Shown in pieces: positions 12,516 to 24,467 of a stretch of 64,000 nt of DNA. The notes under the pieces are model-generated. The model was given only the letters and a program-made list of their open reading frames with translations, did not search any database and was not told the origin of the DNA. The DNA lies in NCBI GenBank assembly GCA_964106915.2, contig OZ066916.1; one strand, given 5' to 3'. The first letter of the stretch is position 1; each line of letters opens with the position of its first letter. Position numbers and translations under genes: made by a program. The stretch comes from Podarcis gaigeae. Lineage: Eukaryota.

Positions 12516-13484
12516 GCTCTGCCCACTGGCATGTGGCCCCTGGAATAAGGGAGGGCCCTCCATTGCAAAAAGGTACCCTGCCCCTGGCTTAATGTTAGAG
12601 AAGGTCATTGCCAACAGCAACACAGGCAAGCAAGTAGATTCCTAGTTAGGAATTGAGATTCTTTGGAATAACGTCCCTTTATCTCTCAAGGTATATTTTG
12701 CCTTTCGAGCAACAAGCCAGGTCTCCCTCCCTCTTTTGTTTTTTAAAGAACTACAGGAGAAAATTCGAGTTATCCTGTCCATCCGTAAGGCAGGCAGGCA
12801 TTTCAATACCACCTTTTGTCCCAAGAATGTGAACCAAGGAGTTGCAGGGGTGGTTCCTCCCCCTCCCCATCTCTCTCTCCCCCCCCCACCCCCACTTCTC
12901 CTTTGCCATTTTAGAACAATTCTTGACCTTTCAACTCAGAAGCCGGCTGGAGAGTAGACCAAACACTTAATCTCTCTCCCCGGCCCCTCTTTTATCTCGC
13001 CACCCTACACCTTGCATTCCTTCCCCGTCAGACTTTGGCCTCCGGTGTTTGGCAAACAGCAAGGTCAAAGGCAAGGGGCGGGATTCTCACCGTCCTGAAA
13101 GAGCTCCTTTCTAGAGATAAAAACAAAAAAAAGTGTGTGAATGGTACTGCGGTCAGCTGTAAAACCTGCGTGCCGTCCTTCCTGTCTCCACTGAGCAACT
13201 GGGCAGTGGTACTCAGGTCCTGTTTGCTGGCTTCCTGTTGAGGGCAGCTGGTTGGCCACTGTGAAGACAAGGCGTTGGGCGAGGTGGACCACTGGCCTGA
13301 TCCAGCGGCCAGTCTCTTCTTGTGCAAGTCTTCTGTTCCTAACATGACTTCTTTCTCAGCTGTGGAGTGTCTCAGAGCCGTCTGGGGTCAAATCCCAGAA
13401 ACGGCTGCTGATGCTTGCACCAGCCCTATAAACCAGGGGTAGAGGGGACCCTTTTTATTGCCAAGGGGCCACATGACCTAATGG

Positions 13485-13532
<48 letters not shown>

Positions 13533-14048
13533 TTGTATCCCGCCTCCCCAGTTGAGACTGGGCTCAGAGCAGCTAACATCATAAAAACAACACAATATGC
13601 ATAAAAACAGACATCAATTAATTAAAATACATCTTAAAATTAATTCAGACAAGTTAAAATCCGGGCAAGTGGCAATTATCAGGTTGGAATTGAGAGCAGT
13701 TAATACTTGCCAGGACCAACTGTTTCCACTGATCATACAAGGACCTGTGAGTGGGTTGGGGGTCTCCTTCAGGCTTGTTTTATACAAAGGAAAGTAAGTC
13801 AAACTGCATTCTGCCCAAAGGCATGGTGGAACAGCTCCCTCTTGCAGGCCCTGTGGAAAGATGTCAAATCCCGCTGGGTCCTGGTCTCTTGTGGGAGAGT
13901 GTTCCACCAGGCCGGGGCCACGGCCGAAAAGGCCCTGGCTCTAGTCAAGGCTAGTCTAATCTCCTTGAGGCCCGGGGTCTTCAAGGTGTTGTTGTTAGCA
14001 GACCGTAAGGTCCTCTGTGGGGCATACCAGAAGAGGCGGTCCCGTAGG
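13485..14048 (-). mobile_element. L2 LINE 3' end (second subfamily)
   Basis: RARAFSAVAPAWWNTLPQETR...SFHRACKRELF with an (AAT)n-type tail. Confidence 0.85.
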
Positions 14049-14178
14049 ACAACCTTCCTAGGGCTACGTGGCAGTGGTAGGAGGGGCTAGTGGCAAAAAT
14101 GGTTGGAGCAATGAATGTGACTCTTGCCTTTGTACAGTAGAGGACATCCCAAAACCCACAGAAATCTATGGTTTACAC

Positions 14179-14887
14179 TGTAGCAGGAACCCCCCCACCC
14201 CAATCATTCTGTTTGTATAAACTTCACACTCACACACTACATACGCCACATTTCTGTTATAAATTCATAGAAAATCAACCATACATCGGATTTGCACTGT
14301 TCCATTTTTATTTTTACTCCATATGACAAGAACTAACAAAGGGGGGTGGCTTAGTCCTGGTCAGCCATAATCCCTTCACTGTCTCAGCACATCCACAGGA
14401 GCTCTGCCCATACCAACCCTGATGATCCCAGACAGAAGACAATCAAGATCACAAAGAACTTGCATATGGGAGTGGATTCAGCATGGACTGAAACAAAGGA
14501 CAATGATCAGATCTTCCCTCTGGGGGCAGGAAACTGCAAACTCCCCTTTGTCTCCTCGAAGTGACTCATGGGGAGGGGGGAAGGGAGGAACCAGCCAGGT
14601 GACAAGACACTCAGGTTACCACCAACTCCTCTCTCAACCCCTCCTTTCTGTAATGTATGCATGATGTTTCTGGGGGTGGGCTTGATCTAGAGGAGGGGAA
14701 TTTCAAAAGTTTTTATAAGACCTTGCACACTATTCTTCTGGGTCTTTCCTCTCTCCTGCACGTGAGGGGAATACCCTGTTGCAACAGTTCAATAAAGGCC
14801 AAGCCTACAGGCTGCTGTTTTGCTCCAAGTTATCCTGGTTGGTGTCTTTGTTTTGTCCAAGGGAGCCCTCGGATTTTTCCTGTAACA
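14179..14887 (+). mobile_element. Solo LTR (ERV-like)
   Basis: TGTAGCAGGAA...TTCCTGTAACA imperfect terminal inverted repeat, 4-bp TSD ACAC (14175-78 and 14888-91), internal AATAAA near 14791. Confidence 0.75.
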
Positions 14888-16040
14888 ACACACATATACA
14901 CACATTCATCTAGCCATGCAAGGAAGACACATTCTAGCCAGGCCAAGGAGCTTAGGGAGGGTGGGTGAGAGAAGCGGCCTGGGCAGAGGGAGAGGACTGG
15001 GGAATATGCTGAAGGTTGACTAGAGAGGCCTGCAAGAGCACAATCGTCACCCCTGCAATATGTGGCCTGCCTGGGCTTTCAAAGGTTCCATATTGACTTG
15101 GAAAATCATCTAGGGTGAACCAGCAATTTCACCTCGCCACTACCGCCCCCACCAAAAGTGGGTCAAGAGAGTGGCAACAATTTTACTCCCCCCCCCCAAA
15201 AAAACGAAAATGTTTTGAGCCTGCTCCCTCATGCCAATTCTGGAATGCATGAATGAATCCTGCAATGTCCCATGGGGTCCAGACATGGTGTGGGACATCA
15301 AATATTTCAGCTGGGAGGGCTTCCGGTGGAACCATCCCAGCCTGCTCTGCTGGTGCAAATCTCTCACGTAGGTAAAGAGGGGGAAAGAGGAGCGGCTGCT
15401 TGCTTGAAGTCATGCTCTCATCCACGATGGCAGATCTGCCACGGCTGCAGCAGTTATTGGTGCTCTCCTGGTTGTGTGAATATGACAATTCTACAAGAAC
15501 ATTTTTTAAATGGGAAGAAGGGACTTTTTTTTTTAGAAAGGGAAAAGCTCCAAGCATGCCAACAGGTGCAGAACTCGGCTGCCATTTAAAAAAATGATGC
15601 ACTTTTCATGTCGAAAGCAAGCTCTTGTTTCTACTTATCAGCGCTGTGGAAAGGCTATGGGCTGCTGAAATAACAGAGGTCATGGGATATGACTCTCTGC
15701 AACCAGAAGAGCAGTTCCTCATGAGTAACAGCCGCAGGATGAATTATGCAAAATGGCAGATGCATAGTAGATTGCACCGAATCTGAGATATAATGCACTT
15801 CTCTTTTAATTTGCATAATTTATACGGAACCCAGAATCCAGCTTCATCCCATCTCAGAATCCAGAGCACCTGGACGCAGAACTTCTGCTGTTTTTTGGTG
15901 TGACGTAATCTTCCCTGCTCCTCTTCTTCCTCCTCAGGCCAGAATGCTAGCTGAAGAGAGGAACAGTTCTAGCATTGTGTCGTCATCCCTTCTCGAGGTT
16001 TCGCAAGAGGAGACAAGCCGACATCTATAGACAAAATCTT

Positions 16041-16074
<34 letters not shown>

Positions 16075-16904
16075 CACAACCCTACGTGGGCCAACTTGAG
16101 TGTTATTCCCACAAGAAAAATTAAACACTCCTAATGCCTTTTTGAAGTGAATTGCGCCCGCCCACCCCCCCTTCATTTGCATCTTATAATAAGGATGTTA
16201 TCATTCTAGTTTATAGCTCAGCTCTCTAGCTGCTCTCTCTCGGGGGCTCAGATTGCCCCTCCTGAGTTCAATATACGTCTGTGAACTAAATGTAATCTTT
16301 TGAAAGCACTTTCCTTCTGTATTAACATTACAACCGTGATGAGTTAAAGGTTTTTCACTTTCCCAAAGTGTGCAGGGCGTTTTGCTATTCCGACGCAAAA
16401 ACTCCGGCGGATAATGGACTCCATCGCGGTTCCCTACAATCAGCCTCCTGGATTTGTAGAGCCTCCACTCGCCTTTTTGCGCTGAGCCACCATTTCCACT
16501 GCGCTCACCCTTTTACATTTAGATTAATTATAAAACATTGTCACTGGAATATTAAGGTGATGTTTAATACACAACTGGGAGCGCATGGTGCTGACCCTGT
16601 GACCTGCCTCACCAGTTGAATGCAATGCCAGCTGCAATTTTTACTTTATTATTTAGTTCCGTTTATCGCACCTTCCACCCCATTTCTGCTCCCGAGGCAG
16701 CATTTGCGCCTTTGCAAGGCTCCTTGTCGCTAGCCCATTTGAAAACAATGAGCTTTCCTCTTTGAAATAGCGCTCCTCAACCTGAAAGGTACTTAGAATA
16801 ACAGAACTGTAAACTTGGGAAGAGACCCCAAGGGTTGTCTAGTCCAACCCCTTGCAATGCAGGAATCTCAGCTAAAGCATCCTTGACAGGTGGCCAAACC
16901 CAAG

Positions 16905-17658
16905 GATTAAGACATTCTGGGAGATGGTTTATAATGAAATGAAAAAGGTATTCAAATATACCTTCCTGAAGAAACCAGAGGCCTTTCTCCTGGGCATGGT
17001 CGGCCAATTGGTGCCAAAGAAGGACAGAACTTTTTAAATGTATGCAACAACAGCAACAAGAATACCCATCGCGAAGTATTGGAAGACACAAGATTTACCC
17101 ACCCGGGAAGAATGGCAGATGAAGTTGATGGACTATATGGAACTGGCGGAAATGACTGGCAGAATCCGAGACCAGGGAGAAGAGTCGGTGGAAGAAGATT
17201 GGAAAAAATTTAAAGATTATTTACAGAAATACTGTAAAATTAATGAATGTTAGAAAAATGTTGGAATGAAGTTATATGGCTTTAGCAGAAATGTTATAAG
17301 GAACTAAGTACAAATAGATTTTTAATGTATTAAAGGGAAAAAATAAGGTTAGAATAAGTTAAGATAAATTACAGGACAGAAAACAGAGGGAGATGGAAAG
17401 GAATTGCTGAAACAGTTAATTGAAGTGGAATACAAAAAGGGAGGTGTGAGGAGGTCATGGATACAAGTGAATGAAAGTTAAGATATTGAAATTATTGGAT
17501 GTGTTCTAAATTGTGTTTGTTTTGTTCTGTTAATTTAATGTTTTGTGTTAGTGTTACGTAGTGTTTTTGTTTTTGTATTGTGTTGTATTGTTTTGTTGAA
17601 TTTTTTTTTCTTTTATAGTCTGTAAACTGTTAATAAATATTATTATATATATATAAAA
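16905..17658 (+). mobile_element. L1-clade LINE 3' end (ORF2 C-terminus, 3'UTR, AATAAA)
   Basis: FWEMVYNEMKKVFKY..KPEAFLLG...AKYWKTQDLPTREEWQMKLMDYMELAEMT is typical of non-mammalian L1 ORF2 ends. T-rich 3'UTR and AATAAA near 17632. Confidence 0.8.
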
Positions 17659-18046
17659 ACCTCACTGCCAAACAGCTCTTACTGTCAGAAAGTTCTTCCT
17701 GATGTTTAGTCGGAATCTCCTTTCTGGCAACTTGAAGCCATGGGTTCGAGTCCTACCCTCCAGAGCAGGAGAAAACAAGCTTGCTCCATCTTCCATGTGA
17801 TAGTCCTTGAGATGTTTGAAGATGGCTATCACATCTCCTCTCTGTCTCCTCTTTTCCAGGCTAAACATACCCAGTTCCTTCAAATGCTCCTCATGAGGCT
17901 GTTTCCAGGCCCTTGAGCATCTTGGTCGCCCTCCTCTGCACACGCTCTAGCTTGTCAACATCCTTCTTAAATTGTGGTGCCCAGAATTGGACACAGTATT
18001 CCAGGTCTGACCAAGGCAGAATACAGTGGTCCTATATATCCCTTGA

Positions 18047-18528
18047 GAAGTAGAGACATCACCTTGCCAACAAAGGTTCGTATAGTTAAAGCTATGGTTT
18101 TCCCAGTACTGATGTATGGAAGTGAGAGCTGGACCATAAAGAAGGCTGATCGCCGAAGAATTGATGCTTTTGAATTATGGTGCTGGAGGAGACTCTTGAG
18201 AGTCCCATGGACTGCAAGAAGATCAAACCTCTCCATACTGAAGGAAATCAGCCCTGAGTGCTCACTGGAAGGACAGAGGCTCCAATACTTTGGCCACCTC
18301 ATGAGAAGAGAAGACTCCCTGGAGAAGACCCTGATGTTGGGAAAGATGGAGGGCACAAGGAGAAGGGGGCGACAGAGGACGAGATGGTTGGATAGTGTTT
18401 TCGAGGTTACCAGCATGAGTTTGACCAAACTGCGGGAGGCAGTGGAGGACAGAGGTGCCTGGCGTTCTCTGGTCCATGGGGTCACGAAGAGTCGGACACG
18501 ACTAAACAACTAAACAAACAAACAAAAA
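18047..18528 (+). mobile_element. RTE-BovB LINE 3' end with 13-bp TSD, inserted in CR1
   Basis: Same BovB C-terminal peptide. TSD atatatcccttga at 18034-18046 and 18529-18541. Confidence 0.93.
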
Positions 18529-18785
18529 ATATATCCCTTGATCAGGACTCCGATGCAGCCTAGAATAGCGTCAGCTCCCCCCCCTTTTTTTTTTCTTTTT
18601 TGCCGCTGTATCACACTGTGGACTCATGTTAAGCTTGTGGTCCACTTCTACAGTGTGTGGCATCATCTCCATATTGGCAGAAGTGATGAACTCAGGAACG
18701 ATGAACCCATCAAAATAAAAGTTATTCCCTATTGACTGGAATGTGTCCTTGATCTCTGGTCAGGCTTCTTGCCTGTCTGGATGAA

Positions 18786-18953
18786 GGTAGCCGTGTTGGT
18801 CTGCCGTAGTCGAAACAAAATAAAAAAAATTCCTTCCAGTAGCACCTTAGCAACCAACTAAGTTTGTTATTGGTATGAGCTTTTGTGAAGAAGTGTGCAT
18901 GCACACGAAAGCTCATACCAGTAACAAACATAGTTGGTCTCTAAGGTGCTACT
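18786..18953. mobile_element. Penelope-like element remnant (inverted pLTR arms, hammerhead-like motif)
   Basis: ggtagccgtgttggtctg start. Arms agtagcaccttag...tatgagctttt (18838-18887) and gaaagctcata...ctaaggtgctact (18904-18953) are reverse complements. Confidence 0.75.
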
Positions 18954-18955
18954 AA

Positions 18956-19310
18956 GGGATGCGGGTGGCGTTGTGGGTTAAACCACTGAGCCTAAAGCTT
19001 GCCGATCAGAAGGTTGGCGGTTCGAATCCCCGCAACAGGGTGAGCTCCCGTTGCTCAGTCCCTGCTCCTGCCAACCTAGCAGTTCGAAAGCACATCAAAG
19101 TGCAAGTAGATAAATAGGTACCGCTCCAGCAGGAAGGTAAACGGTGTTTCCATGCACTGCTCTGGTTTGCCAGAAGTGGCTTAGTCATACTGGCCACATG
19201 ACCCGGAAGCTATACGCCGGCTCCCTCGGCCAATAAAGCGAGATGAGCGCCGCAACCCCAGAGTCGGTCACGACTGGACCTAATGGTCAGGGGTCCCTTT
19301 ACCTTTACCT
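18956..19310 (+). mobile_element. Sauria SINE (full length)
   Basis: Near-identical to the copy at 8367, with an (ACCTTT)n tail. Confidence 0.93.
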
Positions 19311-19412
19311 AGGGTTGTTATGAAGTTAAGTTTGCTATGGCTGTTTTGCATCTGCCCACCACCCACCTGTGGCCTTTGGATGTTTCCAAAGAAAGGAATG
19401 TGGCCCCCTGGC

Positions 19413-19447
<35 letters not shown>

Positions 19448-20358
19448 AGGTGCCCTGGTGACTGGTCTCAAATGCTGCAGTGGCTGCTTTAAGATCCCAT
19501 TGCAGCTAGATGCCTGAAAGCTCCAGCCATCAATCCCAGCCCTCTAGTCCGAAATATTAATGCAAATCAAGGGGTTTGCTGGCAGCAGCAGCAACAACAA
19601 CAACCACCCCATTAGAATAAGTGAATACTGAAGATCTAATAACGAGCCGAGGAGACATTTCAGTGCCTCAATAACAGGGCAAGACACACCAAATCAAAAG
19701 GAGTAAGATGAACTGTGCATTTGCCTGGAAACATGAGTGCCAAATAAATGGCATATTAAGCAGAATAATCTCTAAAAGCCCACGAAGGAGCCCATTTCAA
19801 TTCACCTTTCCCTGAAGTTAATAGTTATCCTGCCACCTTCCAGAACAGAACTAAATATTCTAGCTGACAGGCTTCAAGTATTGCTATTGGCTATTTGGAT
19901 TACCTAGCAGGATGTGCTGTGTGGAGCTGGAATGAGAATGCGCTGCTGTTTTCTGTGTGTTTGTCTTTTAAGATCCTGTTTGGAGATTCCGATAAGGATG
20001 TCAGTTCCTTGAGAGCCTCTGAAATTAGTGTGCTTTAACGAGCAGGTCCTTTCCGTTTTATTAGCACCCTGTAAAAAATTATATCGCCGAGCCGATGGCT
20101 CGTGATGTCTTAATCAATGTAATTTTTAAGGTCTGGGGTTGAGGGGAAGGCGGTGTCACAAATGGGTTAACCTTTGCTATGTTTTACTGCCAAGAGACTC
20201 TGTTAAAGATTACGGCATGCCGAGAGAAGGACGATAGGCTCCAAGCAGTGCCATCAGGCCAATGCCTTTGCGCCATCTTGTTTCTGTCATTTCGTTTCAC
20301 TTTTTTCAGATCCTCACAGGCAAAAGGCTAGATTTGGGAAGCCAAAAAGAGTTCACTA

Positions 20359-20537
20359 CAGTGGTACCTCGGGTTACAGACGCTTCAGGTTACATACGCT
20401 TCAGGATGAGAACAGAAATTGTGCTCTGGCGGCAGCAGGAGGCCCCATTAGCTAAAGTGGTGCTTCAGGTTAAGAACAGTTTCAGGTTAAGTATGGACCT
20501 CCGGAACGAATTAAGTACTTAACCCAAAGTACCACTG
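20359..20537. mobile_element. Tc1/mariner-type MITE (same family)
   Basis: ta-CAGTGGTACCTC...GTACCACTG-ta. Confidence 0.85.
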
Positions 20538-20639
20538 TATTTTGGGCCATATCAGGTACAGGGATGAAGCTGTGGTTGCCATCACGTGAGGTCTTCTCTC
20601 GTGCATGTCATGATATTGCAACTTTCTGTGCTGGTGTAG

Positions 20640-20960
20640 AACTGGGCAAATGCATCGACTCAAAGAATTTTCGGGCTGGAAGGGAAACCAAGGGTCATCT
20701 AGTTGAAGCCTCTGCAATGCAGGAACTGCAGCTGAACCATCTGGGGGAGATGACAACCCAACATCTGCTTAAGAACCTCCAAGTAAGGAGAACCTTCCAG
20801 CTCTTACCATCAGAAAGTTCTCCCTGGTGTTTAATCGGAATCTCCTTTCTTGAACTTGAATCCCTTGGTTTGCGTCTCTGGAGCAGGAGAAAACAAGCTT
20901 GTTCCTCCTCCCATGTGATAGCCCTTCAGATATTTGCCTCTCAGTCTTATCTTCTCCAGA
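20640..20960 (-). mobile_element. CR1 fragment
   Basis: QERRFRLNTRENFLMVRA. Confidence 0.75.
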
Positions 20961-22049
20961 TGGTGAGGACCACAACTCCCATCATCCCTGACCATCCACC
21001 ATGCTGGCTGGGGCTGATGGGAACTGTCCTCCAAAGAGATCTGTAAAGCATCAGGTTAAGGACGACGAATGTCGATGGGCCCATTGTTTCACTTGGCATA
21101 AGGCAGCTTCCTGTAGACAGGGAGGCCACGGTGGCTGGGAATGATGGGAGCTGTAGTCCGCAATATCTTGGGGAGGGGGCATCATGGTGGCTCCCCCAGC
21201 TTCCCATTGATGCTGCAGAGGAGGAACTGATCACATGATTGCCAGGTTGACTGGCTTCTAGGGCTTATCCACACTCACTTTTCCAGGTATGGTCCAAGTT
21301 TTAAAGCTCCATGCTTTCCGTGTGAAAACCTGCTCTTTAAAGCTCAATTGGAGCAAACGTCAATCTACAGAAAACCCAAGTAGTTGTTTGCTCCAATTGA
21401 GCTTCAAAGAGTGGGTTTTCTGTGCGGGTGGGAGGTGCTTGGACACAGAGCTTTAAAGTGCCGACCTTTGCATGGAAAGGGTAGGGCAAAGGGTAAGCGG
21501 ATAAACCCTTAGTTTGGCTCTTCCTGAACTAAACTGGTTCATTCTCATTGTGAGTGATCCAACCTTGTACCCTCTATTTCAGCCTTCGCTTACTTGGTGC
21601 CTTTCGGACAGCAATTCCCATTAGCCCCAGCCCACTCAGCTGGCAGTCCAAAGCACTTGGAGGGCACCAGGTGGGCAAAGGGTGCCCTGAATTAATGCTG
21701 CGGGCGTTGAACACTGGACACCATGTTCGCCTGTGTCTCACTATGTGGCGTTCAAATTTTCCAGACTGAGCTTGGTAGAATAATATCAGAAATCTTCCTG
21801 GGCTCCTATGCCTTTGACTCCACCCCGCGTGGTTCCAGTAATGTAAGAAACCAACCAGTTGAGTGGGACAGACAAACCATGTGTCAGAATCTGGATCAGA
21901 GGACCAGCATTGGTGCATCCCTTCCCATGTGGTTTTGCTCCAGCCTCATGGTGCTTGTATTCCTCTTACTGGAGCCAAGTGAGGAGACACCAGGGAGGTT
22001 CTCCCACACCACTCCAGGTATTGCAGAAAGCATTCCACCAGCTGCCATA

Positions 22050-22290
22050 AGCTACTTGGAGCCCAAGTACTTAGAAGTGTGTCTCCCTCAGTACCAACCA
22101 TCCCGTGCCCTCCAATTAGCAGGGGAGACCCTTTGGGTGATACAGCTTCTGTCTGCTACCTGGTTGGCAGTGACTCATGACAGGGCCTTCTTGGTGGTGG
22201 GTCTGCATTTGTGGCACGCCTTCCCTAGTGAGGTGCATCTGTCTCCCTCACTGTTAACTTTTCAGGAAAGATTTTAAAACAATTCCTGTT
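22050..22290 (+). mobile_element. Degenerate L2 fragment
   Basis: PKYL...DRAFLVVGLHLWHAFP resembles the L2 C-terminus. Confidence 0.6.
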
Positions 22291-24160
22291 TACCAAAGCA
22301 TTTGATTGCCGAAACACACCAATCCTGACACAACCTGAAAGTTATTACCTGTGGGAGTATGTGGTAGCATTGCATTCTTTTATATGTTTTTCATTGTTTC
22401 TAAATGTTCCCCATATATATATATATATATATGGTTCAGTTCTATTTCTCACCGTATGGTTCATGACTTTGCTTAGGAGATGGAAAGAAGCTTTCCTAAA
22501 AGCAGACAGGCCATTGAATCAGGGAGGCGCATGTGGGTGTTTCACCCCCTCACCCAAAGCGTGGCTTGGCTTACTTGTACAGGCATCTCCATACTACTTG
22601 TGTGTGACTGCGTATATTCATGGCACAGGGAAATGATTAAACAAATAGATTTAAACTGCAAAAAAAGGCACACTCTGCCTCTGAGTCACAGCCAGGCAGT
22701 TCAGGATACAAGTCTACCCACCCACCCCCAGCCATTGTTTCCATGTTGTTGCCACCATTCGTACCCATCTGGTAAGTTCTGCTGGTTTTTAGAGGGCTTC
22801 CAGATGTTTAGAGGGTATGTACAACCTTTTTAGATGGTTTCCCCACTCTACGCGATTTCATGTATACGCACGGTACCTGGGAACGTAACGCCTGCAGAAG
22901 TGGGGAGACTCAGATTATGAGTTTTGTAACACGTGGTGGCAAAAGGGGGTAGAGATCAGTGGACAGCAGGCCAGCACCACTCCCCACACCCTATGCCATC
23001 CCTCTCGCCAAGTCTTCTCACGTGAACATTGACTCCACCCATGCACCCACCTGTCGAGTTAGGAAGCATCGCTGCCAGGTGACCTGTTTATGGAGCAGCT
23101 ATCCTGATTCGTTTGCACCAAGTTTACACGGTGCTTAGATTACTTCATCCATCTATTGAGCATCCATTCTGATTTTTTGGTGGGGACGCTAGATGACGCT
23201 GCGTCAAGCGAATGTTATCCCGCCCTTTCCGGTGCGTTTTCTGGCCACTTTCCTTAGCACAAGAAGCCTGGTTTTAGAGGGGGATACAGATCTGTTGCAA
23301 AGGAGCTCCACCTCCACCTCCATTGCCTGATTGGAATGGGCTGGTGTGAGAGTGAGTCCCACCTGAAAACAGTCACTCTATAGAAGCAGGTTTAGATGAT
23401 CAACCGAGCTGGCAGGGTCTTTAAGGAGGAACTTAGGTTCTGTACCTTGTTGAACAGCCAGGATAAGGCAGATTTTTTTTTAACCATCTCTTAAATGTTG
23501 GGGACCATTGTTAAAAGAAATTTATTAGCAACCCCCACCCCGCTACACAGGAGAATATAGCTGCCGCCGATGTGCAATCACTGGTTAACACAAATACGTT
23601 TCAGGTTTTTGTTGTTGTTTCTTATTTTTTTTCTCCCAAAAAACAAACACAAAGTAAAGCATGTTGTGTTTCCCCTCCCCCGCACAGCTCTCCCCTTTGC
23701 CCCGCCCCCGCCCCCAAAGTACACATTTAAGCAACAGAAATGCGGTACATCACAATCAGCATCACCCAGCTGCACACAAATGATAAATTAAGACGGCTGG
23801 GAAACTCACATGGAGTGCGACAAGAATAAATACCAATATGATTGTTAGAATGCAGAGTTGCGAGAATGAATTCAGTGCTTCTTCTGGAAACTTAATGCCG
23901 CCCACGGCTCTGAATCGTCCAGTGTGGATATATATGGTTTTGCTTGTTATTTAGTTTGGAACAGGAAATGTCGTAGATGATTTTAAAGCGGGAATAGCCA
24001 ACCTTCCGGGTGTTGTAGGAATACGTCTACCATCAGCCTGCAAGGTCAATGGCCAATGTTGATGGGAATTGTAGTCTAGCGACACTTGGAGGGTGCCATG
24101 TTAGCTAGTTCTGATTCAAAGGCATATGAGCTACATAGTCCAGAGGTAGCCAACGTTGTG

Positions 24161-24240
24161 CCCTCCGTATGTTCAGTCTACCAACTCCCATCAGCCCCAG
24201 CCCTCCGTATGTTCAGTCTACCAACTCCCATCAGCCCCAG
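24161..24240. repeat. Perfect 40-bp tandem duplication
   Basis: ccctccgtatgttcagtctaccaactcccatcagccccag x2. Confidence 0.95.
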
Positions 24241-24331
24241 CCAACGTGGCCAGAGACGATGGGACTGCAGCACACCATTTTGGGTAACTTGGTCCTTGAG
24301 TAACTTGGTCCTTGGTATTTCCAGCAAAAGG

Positions 24332-24467
24332 CAGGCACCCCCAAACTCAGCCCTCCATCTGTTTTGGGACTACAACTCCCACCATCCCTAGCTAACAGGA
24401 CCAGTGGTCAGGGATGATGGGAACAGTAGTCCCAAAATATCTGGAGGGCCAAGTTTGGGGGTGCCTG
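24332..24467. mobile_element. Palindromic hAT-type MITE
   Basis: caggcacccccaaact...agtttgggggtgcctg forming a whole-length hairpin. Degenerate relatives lie near 24000, 24150, 26800 and 21000. Confidence 0.75.

Larger units (their letters stand above)
16794..18640 (-). mobile_element. CR1 LINE 3' region, interrupted by L1 and BovB
   Basis: Peptide [17 protein letters not shown]...[28 protein letters not shown] (17662-17943). CR1 3' terminus at 16794-16900. The element continues after BovB. Confidence 0.85.

Noticed and set aside
17967-18513. 180-aa and 179-aa ORFs as host genes
   Set aside because: Sense and antisense readings of a BovB/CR1 junction. The same applies to 2069-2549.
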